64,000 nt of DNA from positions 288,001 to 352,000 of the forward strand of contig JAVZLQ010000001.1 in assembly GCA_038883655.1 (NCBI GenBank), given 5' to 3'. Shown piece by piece: positions 57,954 through 64,000 of this stretch. The translations under genes were made by a program, and so were the position numbers. This stretch comes from Candidatus Bathyarchaeia archaeon. GTDB taxonomy: Archaea; Thermoproteota; Bathyarchaeia; Bathyarchaeales; Bathycorpusculaceae. Position 1 is the stretch's first letter, and each line of letters opens with the position of its first letter. The notes beneath the pieces were generated by a model. The model made no database searches and was not told the DNA's origin. It saw only the letters and a program-made list of their open reading frames with translations.

Positions 57954-59480
57954 GTGGTTAAAATGCAGCTTGACCCCGTAGAAAACGCGTTGTTTTCGGC
58001 GACGATAAACCCGTTGCTTAAGGGCTTAATCAGCCTATTCGATAGGGATTGCCCAGAAGATGGTAGTCTTCTCCTAAACTCTTTGAAGGATTTTATTGGC
58101 GAAAAGGTTTCCTTCTGCCCAACATGCAGCCACATAAGCCGTACAATAGCAAAGCCCGTTTATGAGCTTGGAAGCCGTTTTCTGCGTGTAGACAAGGGGT
58201 TCATGCGGAAACAATTCTTAGACAGTCAGTATGGTGAGGCTTGGTTTAGGGGTTTCGGGTTAATGATGAAGGGCATAGAAAAGTATGGTGTGCAAGTGCC
58301 ATTCACTCCGGCTGGACCATTTGAAATTGTCTGGAATTTCACGAGTATATGTAATTTAAGGTGTAAGCACTGTTATGAGGATGCAGGTAAAAAACGCGCT
58401 GAACTTTCAACAGACGAAGCAAAAAAAGTTTTAGATATACTATCAAAAATTGCGGGTATAGGGTTGCCAGCGCTTTCCTTCAGCGGAGGCGAACCTCTCG
58501 CAAGAAGGGACTTCTTTGAACTTGCGGCTTACGCGAAGAAACGCGTAAGTTACGTAAGCATAGCCTCAAACGGAACATTAATCACCAAGGATGCTGCCAA
58601 AAAAATCAAAGATGCTGGAGTGGACTACGTGGAAATAAGCATAGACGGTGCAACCCCGCAGGTGCATGACGAGTTTAGGGGCATATCAGGTGCTTTCGAA
58701 AAAGCGATGGAAGGTGTGAAAAATGCTATCGAGGAAGGAATAGACACGTGCATTGCAACGGTTCTGCACAGAGATAACTTCAAAGAACTTGACAAACTCA
58801 TAAACCTAGCAAAGGAGTTAGATGTGCGTTTCATGCACTTCAACTACATACCAACTGGGAGGGCGAAAGCTTACGTTGAATTGGATTTAACACCAGAGGA
58901 GCGCCTTCACGTTTTAGAGGCAATAGGCAAAGAAATAATAAACCTGTACCTGCAAGCAAAAGAAGAAGAGCGCAAGTACGGAAAGTCAAGCGTTAAGGTT
59001 GACCGCTTCTTCAGCACATGCCCGCAATACGCAAGTGTAACAAAGGGGCTCTCGCAAAAGGCTGGCGAAAAATTCCTTGTTGAGGCACACTATGCAGCGA
59101 AAAAGGGTGTGGAAAACGTCGCAAACTTTTTGGGCGGTTGCGGTGCCGGACGATTATATTGTTGTTTGGAGCCTAACGGTGACGTTAAGCCATGCGTGTT
59201 CTTCCCAACAAACAAAGAAACAGTTTTGGGCAATGTATTAAGGGATAACTTCGAAGAAATCTGGGATAAACACCCGCTTTTATGGGACTTACGTGTAAGA
59301 GAGAGGCTTGAAGATTACATGGTGAACGGAAAAAGAGTTGGATGCGGAAACTGTCCAGACAAGTATATTTGCGGAGGTTGCCGAGCAAGAGCCTACAGCT
59401 ACTTCAATGGAAACGTAAGGGCGCCAGATGTAGGGTGCATCCACAATAAGCCCTTATGGGAAAAAATAGTTAAGAGATAA
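57954..59480 (+). CDS. Radical SAM/SPASM-domain protein
   Basis: CNLRCKHC, SGGEP, CGAGR...G.V.PC, CGNC.....CGGCRARAY. Confidence 0.92.
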   Translation: MVKMQLDPVENALFSATINPLLKGLISLFDRDCPEDGSLLLNSLKDFIGEKVSFCPTCSHISRTIAKPVYELGSRFLRVDKGFMRKQFLDSQYGEAWFRGFGLMMKGIEKYGVQVPFTPAGPFEIVWNFTSICNLRCKHCYEDAGKKRAELSTDEAKKVLDILSKIAGIGLPALSFSGGEPLARRDFFELAAYAKKRVSYVSIASNGTLITKDAAKKIKDAGVDYVEISIDGATPQVHDEFRGISGAFEKAMEGVKNAIEEGIDTCIATVLHRDNFKELDKLINLAKELDVRFMHFNYIPTGRAKAYVELDLTPEERLHVLEAIGKEIINLYLQAKEEERKYGKSSVKVDRFFSTCPQYASVTKGLSQKAGEKFLVEAHYAAKKGVENVANFLGGCGAGRLYCCLEPNGDVKPCVFFPTNKETVLGNVLRDNFEEIWDKHPLLWDLRVRERLEDYMVNGKRVGCGNCPDKYICGGCRARAYSYFNGNVRAPDVGCIHNKPLWEKIVKR

Positions 59481-59490
59481 ACGAATGCGC

Positions 59491-59688
59491 CTAGGCTTTT
59501 CCTTTCTCTTCCTTTCCAAAGTATGTTGTCCACTTAAGTTTTCGTGCATCTCTTTTAAGTTTAAGGGAGCTTTTTCTACACTTGCTCGAGCAGAACCAAA
59601 ATATCGTCCCGTCGTTTTTAACGTACATTAACCCAGTGCCCGCTGGAAACTCGCCGCCGCAAAAAGAGCATTTCCTCGGTCTAGGCAA
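59491..59688 (-). CDS. rpl24e: 50S ribosomal protein L24e
   Basis: CSFCG....GTG.MYV..DG....FCSSKC, R..RKLKWT. Confidence 0.96.
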   Translation of the reverse strand: MPRPRKCSFCGGEFPAGTGLMYVKNDGTIFWFCSSKCRKSSLKLKRDARKLKWTTYFGKEEKGKA

Positions 59689-59718
59689 CGTCGATCACTC
59701 CTTCAATTCTAGCATTTT

Positions 59719-59949
59719 CTACCTTGTTATCTTCTTTGCCTCTCTTTCAGTTTCTCTAAGCATCAGTATATCTTGAACCCTCACTGGACCCTTAACATTA
59801 CGTGTTATGATTCGTCCCTTATCCTTCCCCTCTAGGATGCGCACCCTCACCTGTGTGATTTCGCCGGTAACGCCCGTACGTCCAATAACTTGAATTACCT
59901 CTGCTGGGGTAAGTTCTTCCTCAACAGTCTTCTTCTCTTCCTTGCTCAT
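59719..59949 (-). CDS. rps28e: 30S ribosomal protein S28e
   Basis: [29 protein letters not shown]. Confidence 0.97.
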   Translation of the reverse strand: MSKEEKKTVEEELTPAEVIQVIGRTGVTGEITQVRVRILEGKDKGRIITRNVKGPVRVQDILMLRETEREAKKITR

Positions 59950-60329
59950 TGTGTTGTTCCTCTTTTAAGCTGCTCCACCTTGGCAATTATTTCCTTGACA
60001 AGTCCGGCGGCGTCTCCTTCCCTTATGATGCAAGCAGAGGCAGCGGATACGTCGATGCCAACGGCATCGCCGAGCTTTTCTTTGCTTGGAACGTAGACAT
60101 ATGGAATTTTTCTCTCCTCACATAGCAACGGCAAATGCGCCACAACCTCTGGCGGATCAACATCCTCAGCTATCACTACAAGTTTAGCTTGAGCCCTTTC
60201 TATCGCTTTTGTGGTTTCGTTTGTGCCTTTCCTAACAGCCCCTGTTTTTGCAGCTATTTGAAGGGCTTCATAGGCTGCATCTGCAAGTTCTTTTGGAACT
60301 TCGAACTTAACATAAAACGGTTTTGACAT
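59946..60329 (-). CDS. rpl7ae: 50S ribosomal protein L7Ae
   Basis: [26 protein letters not shown]; start at ATG 60329 with GGTGA SD. Confidence 0.97.
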   Translation of the reverse strand: MSKPFYVKFEVPKELADAAYEALQIAAKTGAVRKGTNETTKAIERAQAKLVVIAEDVDPPEVVAHLPLLCEERKIPYVYVPSKEKLGDAVGIDVSAASACIIREGDAAGLVKEIIAKVEQLKRGTTQ

Positions 60330-60628
60330 GAGCCTCACCCAAATGCACAGTCTTATCAACAATTCTCATTTATTTAAGTTTCGTCTAATAAAGAGAAAAC
60401 ACACGTTAACTAGGTAAGTTGTGACCATAAGATGAATTTACAAAGGGCGGTTTTAACACAATTGTATAAAAGACGAAAAACGTTGAATGGCAGCAATCGT
60501 TTAAACTTGCTTATAAACTAGTTTCCACAAAATTGCATCTTGGAAAGTCATTCACAAAATAATGTAGAAATGTTTAAATAAAATGATTCGTTGAAACCTC
60601 TCACTTTTCGTGAGGGGAAAATGAAAGC

Positions 60629-60886
60629 TTGCAGAGATTAGGCAGAGTCCTCCACGCAACTCCAAGCCGTAACATCGTTGTAAAGGTTGAAAATGTTCCA
60701 AAAATTGGAGAAAAAGTTGTTGATGAAAATATGAAGCCAATAGGAAATGTTTTTGACATAATAGGGCCCATACGCGCGCCCTACGCAATAATAAAGCCAA
60801 CTATTAAAGAAGTAAAAGACCTTGTAAGCAAAACGTTGTACACGCTTCCCCTCGAGAGGAGAAGGGAGAAGATGAAAAATGAGTGA
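60629..60886 (+). CDS. gar1: Gar1/Naf1 H/ACA RNP protein
   Basis: LG.VLH, P.IG..V.D.....IG.V.DI.GP...PY; gar1-tfb synteny. Confidence 0.88.
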   Translation: MQRLGRVLHATPSRNIVVKVENVPKIGEKVVDENMKPIGNVFDIIGPIRAPYAIIKPTIKEVKDLVSKTLYTLPLERRREKMKNE

Positions 60887-61853
60887 CGATTTAGAAGGAT
60901 CTGTGGGGGCAGATTCTCCATCACCAACATCCGCACTTGAACATGCAAAAATTCAACGCTGCCCAGAATGCGGCAGCACAAGGCTCATGCGAGATTACGA
61001 GTGCGCAGAAATAGTTTGTATGGACTGCGGCGTGGTTATCGCCGCAAAAATAGCCGATAGGGGCCCAGAGTGGAGGGCATTTGACGACGAGCAGAGAAGC
61101 AAAAGAACGAGGGTTGGCGCACCATTAACCTACACGATTCATGATAAGGGCCTTTCAACAATGATTGATTGGCATGACAGGGACATTTACGGAAAAAGTC
61201 TATCTCCTGGACAAAAAGCGCAGGTTTACCGCCTAAGAAAGTGGCAGCGCCGCATAAGAGTTTCAGATGCAACGGAGCGAAACCTTGCTTTTGCGTTGTC
61301 TGAAATAACGAAAATTGCCAACAACTTAAGCTTGCCAAAAAACATTCTTGAAACGGCGTCTGTCATTTATAGAAAAGCCGTGAAAGAGAGGCTAATCCGC
61401 GGAAGATCTATTCAAGGCGTAACAGCCGCGGCGATTTATTTGGCTTGTAGGCAGTGCGGATTAGCGAGAACGCTGGAGGAAATAGCTCAAGCTTCAAGCG
61501 TTAACAAGAAGGAGGTTGGACGCAGTTACCGCTTCTTAATAAAGGAATTGGAGTATTCTATTCCGCCCTTGAAGCCAAGCCAATACATCACTAAATTTTC
61601 AAATCAGCTGACAATGCAGGGAAAAGTTGAAGAAATTGCTCACAAAATATTAGCGGCGGCAAAAGAGCTTAAGCTAACTTCTGGGCGTGGTCCAACAGGA
61701 ATAGCGGCTGCAGCCAGCTACATAGCTTCTGTCTTGACTGGTGAGAGGAAGACTCAAAGGGAAATTGCCGAAATTGCGCAGGTAACAGAGGTTACTATTC
61801 GAAATAGGTATAAAGAACTAGTTGAGAGACTAATGTTTCAAATAAGCATCTAA
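60879..61853 (+). CDS. tfb: Transcription initiation factor IIB
   Basis: CPECG..CMDCG Zn ribbon, GPEWRAF, two cyclin repeats (GRS, GRGP), [13 protein letters not shown]. Confidence 0.98.
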   Translation: MSDDLEGSVGADSPSPTSALEHAKIQRCPECGSTRLMRDYECAEIVCMDCGVVIAAKIADRGPEWRAFDDEQRSKRTRVGAPLTYTIHDKGLSTMIDWHDRDIYGKSLSPGQKAQVYRLRKWQRRIRVSDATERNLAFALSEITKIANNLSLPKNILETASVIYRKAVKERLIRGRSIQGVTAAAIYLACRQCGLARTLEEIAQASSVNKKEVGRSYRFLIKELEYSIPPLKPSQYITKFSNQLTMQGKVEEIAHKILAAAKELKLTSGRGPTGIAAAASYIASVLTGERKTQREIAEIAQVTEVTIRNRYKELVERLMFQISI

Positions 61854-61896
61854 TGTGAAGCATCACTTCCCCATTTATTTTTCTGTTTTGAAATTT

Positions 61897-62172
61897 CTAT
61901 AGTAGTTCCTCTTCCTCGTCGCAGCTTTGACATTCTTCTTGTTTTTCTTCTTCAAGAAGGGTCGATGCCACTTCACGGAATTCTTGAAGAAACTCTCTTG
62001 GAATTTTACTCTTCAAAGTTTTAACTTCTCCCTTCAACTTGTCAACTTCGCTTTCCAAACTCTTCGCCTTCTCACTTAGCTCCACGACCTCTTTGAGCTG
62101 TTTAACCTCCTCTAAAAGCATAGCCTTCTCCTTCTCGAGGGCTCTAATTTTTTCTTCAAGTTTACTTTTCAT
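61897..62172 (-). CDS. Coiled-coil protein with acidic CxxC tail, paralogous to the C-terminus of 62309-62740
   Basis: Heptad repeats; tail EEEKQEECQSCDEEEELL; start 62172, or 62208 per the ORF track. Confidence 0.75.
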   Translation of the reverse strand: MKSKLEEKIRALEKEKAMLLEEVKQLKEVVELSEKAKSLESEVDKLKGEVKTLKSKIPREFLQEFREVASTLLEEEKQEECQSCDEEEELL

Positions 62173-62308
62173 CTCGCCGACGTGCATAATTTCGCACACC
62201 CAAACCATCTATCTTAGCTAGTGGAATTAATAATTTACCACACTGTAAAAGTTTCAAAACACATTTTAGACAAAAGCTAATTATTTTACTTAGGAGGAGG
62301 GAAGTTGC

Positions 62309-62740
62309 TTGGTTAAATGTTCAAAGTGCGGAGCAGAAGTACCGTACCCTGTTAAAACCTGGCCCATTCCTTCCAGAAAACCATCGGGAAAAGCTGGAGA
62401 ATCAAAAATTTCTGTAGGGATATTTGATTGCCCAAAATGTGGGGCTAGGTTTAGAGCAGCTTTAGAAGCTGAAACCAGGCTTGAAGAGACAGTAAGTATT
62501 AAAAACATGGTGGAGAGAATTAAAGGGATAAGGGAAGAGCTTATGCAGACTCTGAAGAACCTGCGTGAGAAAATTAAGACTTTGGAAACTGAAAGGGCAA
62601 ACTTGATGATTGAAATTGAAAAGTTAAGGAAAGCTGCTGAGTCGAAGGCAAGCGCGTTGGAAAGCGAAGTGAACATGCTGCGAGAAGAGGTGCGCTCTTT
62701 AAGAGAACTTCTGGGATACGTGGAAGAAAAAGAGAAATAA
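62309..62740 (+). CDS. Cren7-like (Zn-ribbon form) domain fused to a coiled coil
   Basis: CSKC..EV..PVKTW.I....K....VGIF.CPKCG..FR matches the Cren7 P.K.W.L...IGLF...FR signature; about 85-aa heptad tail; GGAGGAGG SD. Confidence 0.72.
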   Translation: MVKCSKCGAEVPYPVKTWPIPSRKPSGKAGESKISVGIFDCPKCGARFRAALEAETRLEETVSIKNMVERIKGIREELMQTLKNLREKIKTLETERANLMIEIEKLRKAAESKASALESEVNMLREEVRSLRELLGYVEEKEK

Positions 62741-62747
62741 TGATAGA

Positions 62748-63134
62748 CTATTCCTTTAAAAATCTTTTATAATATTCTTGAGCTATTGCTACCGCTTTTT
62801 CTGGATTCTTCAATATTGGATAAGAAACTCCTGAGATCTTTTGGCATTCGCTAAAATATTCAACAACCTTTTTTACATTGCCTTCATAGATTGCTAAACC
62901 ACCAGCAATTCTATACCACAAATTAGCCTTAACGAGGTCTTTCTCTTTCTCAGCTTTCTTCGCGTTTTCAGCAGCCTCCTTCATCGTAACCCCGAGTTTT
63001 TTTGGGTTAAGGTACATCGTGTTCAGCAGGGCTTCATAAGCTTCTTTGTCATCTCCGCAAAGTTGTTCAAGCTCCGTTAACTGCCTCGGTTTCTCACTGC
63101 TCTTTTTCTTTCTGAACCTGTCGAGCAAACCCAA
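62748..63134 (-). CDS. Hypothetical helical protein
   Basis: GGAGG SD, TTG start, N-terminal MGLLDRFRKK, TPR-like helices. Confidence 0.7.
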   Translation of the reverse strand: MGLLDRFRKKKSSEKPRQLTELEQLCGDDKEAYEALLNTMYLNPKKLGVTMKEAAENAKKAEKEKDLVKANLWYRIAGGLAIYEGNVKKVVEYFSECQKISGVSYPILKNPEKAVAIAQEYYKRFLKE

Positions 63135-63212
63135 AGTTAAGCCTCCTTAGACAGCCTCGATTTGGATTAAGATAAAAGGTAGTTAACTTTAAAAGTTTGT
63201 CCCTTCTCTTCA

Positions 63213-63833
63213 TTGATTATGCCATATAAGTTCACGTTTGACCTTTCGACTATTCCACGCTTGTTTTTCAGCGAAATAGCTAAGATTAGTTATCGGAAAA
63301 GCTTACATAAAAAAGTCGGGAAAACAATGCTTGAGATAATAGAGAAGTTTAAGCTTCAAGAGGCAACTGGTCTTAACCTGTCTGAAATTGTTGTTCTCCT
63401 ACAGGATATTGTCGAGATTCAAGCGAGAAACCTTTCTGAAAGGGAGAAGTTTGTGCAAACGCGTAGGAGAGCCCTATTCTTGCCGCACTGCTCAAGGAAA
63501 TACATGGATGGTAGGTGCAAGGCAATCTTTAATCCAGACTTACCAACCTATGTTTGTGCGCGTTGTTCTCCGGACTGCCTAATAAACAAAACTGTAACCT
63601 TCGCCGAAAAAAAGGGCTACGACGTCTACATATTGCCCGGGGGCTCATGTGTCGCTAAAATTTTAGGCTCTAAACGTTATGATGGTGTTGTTGGAGTTGC
63701 ATGCGGTGAGGAAATCAAAATTAGTGGCGAGGCATTGAAGAATTTGGGTATTGCTGGACAAGCTGTGCCTTTAATAAAGAATGGATGTGCAAACACGGTT
63801 TTCAACATCGAAACTTTGTTTAAAATTCTTTAG
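63213..63833 (+). CDS. DUF116-family protein
   Basis: FLPHC, C.A, C..C...C, Y..PGGS, GVAC, PL...GC.NT. Confidence 0.85.
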   Translation: MIMPYKFTFDLSTIPRLFFSEIAKISYRKSLHKKVGKTMLEIIEKFKLQEATGLNLSEIVVLLQDIVEIQARNLSEREKFVQTRRRALFLPHCSRKYMDGRCKAIFNPDLPTYVCARCSPDCLINKTVTFAEKKGYDVYILPGGSCVAKILGSKRYDGVVGVACGEEIKISGEALKNLGIAGQAVPLIKNGCANTVFNIETLFKIL

Positions 63834-63844
63834 GGCGCCCTAAT

Positions 63845-64000
63845 TTACTTTATGATTTCTCTTTTCTTCCAACGTAGGTTTTTGCTTCGGCAACGTCTAC
63901 ACTTGACAGCGCTTTCCGCGTTTCTTGCACCACATTCCCTGCATATCTTCATGTAAAGCCTATGCTTTTGGGCAAGTGTCTTTTTGAATGGATCCATTAT
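63845..64000 (-). CDS. rpl40e: 50S ribosomal protein L40e, start probably just beyond the window edge
   Basis: Manual translation: IMDPFKKTLAQKHRLYMKICRECGARNAESAVKCRRCRSKNLRWKKREIIK*. Confidence 0.95.
   Translation of the reverse strand: MMDPFKKTLAQKHRLYMKICRECGARNAESAVKCRRCRSKNLRWKKREIIK

Noticed and set aside
60330-60370. K-turn in the rpl7ae leader for autoregulation
   Set aside because: GA dinucleotides are present, but I could not form convincing flanking stems.
48223-62220. Exact 15-mer CATCTATCTTAGCTA at 48223 and 62206
   Set aside because: A few 15-mer matches are expected by chance in 64 kb of AT-rich DNA, and the two copies share no positional context.
1-64000. CRISPR arrays, IS elements, rRNA, and the many short antisense ORFs in the track
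   Set aside because: No regularly spaced repeats, transposase motifs or rRNA-like tracts were seen. The short ORFs are shadows of well-supported genes.

Overview
Gene-dense archaeal chromosomal window, about 41% GC by eye, with GGTGA/GGAGG Shine-Dalgarno sites and TATA-type promoters. Gene content (SmAP3-type Lsm, Cren7-like protein, ArcTGT, GPN GTPase, L7Ae/S28e/L24e/L40e, Gar1-TFB, CofE) indicates a TACK archaeon, most plausibly Bathyarchaeia (inference). Contents: a 3'-truncated P-type ATPase and a K+-independent membrane pyrophosphatase; tRNA-Ser(TGA) and initiator tRNA-Met; an RNA-processing/protease run with a eukaryote-like presenilin; glmM/glmU; a type IV pilus locus with an upstream adhesin; and a surface-glycosylation locus (1526-aa GT2/GT-C/CBM fusion, methyltransferase, DPM1-like GT2, probable S-layer protein, two GT4s). 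Radical SAM genes and ribosomal protein genes follow. I found no CRISPR array, integrase or transposase. Most notable unexplained signals: (i) a divergent gene pair next to tfb encoding a Cren7-like domain fused to a coiled coil, plus a paralogous coiled coil with no DNA-binding domain and an acidic tail (candidate chromatin factor/antagonist pair); (ii) two shared promoter motifs suggesting a pilus/adhesin regulon and an S-layer/glycosylation regulon; (iii) three pilin-like proteins without a cleavable leader; (iv) a box C/D guide sRNA and a second small transcript candidate. All calls come from motif recognition by eye; no searches were run.
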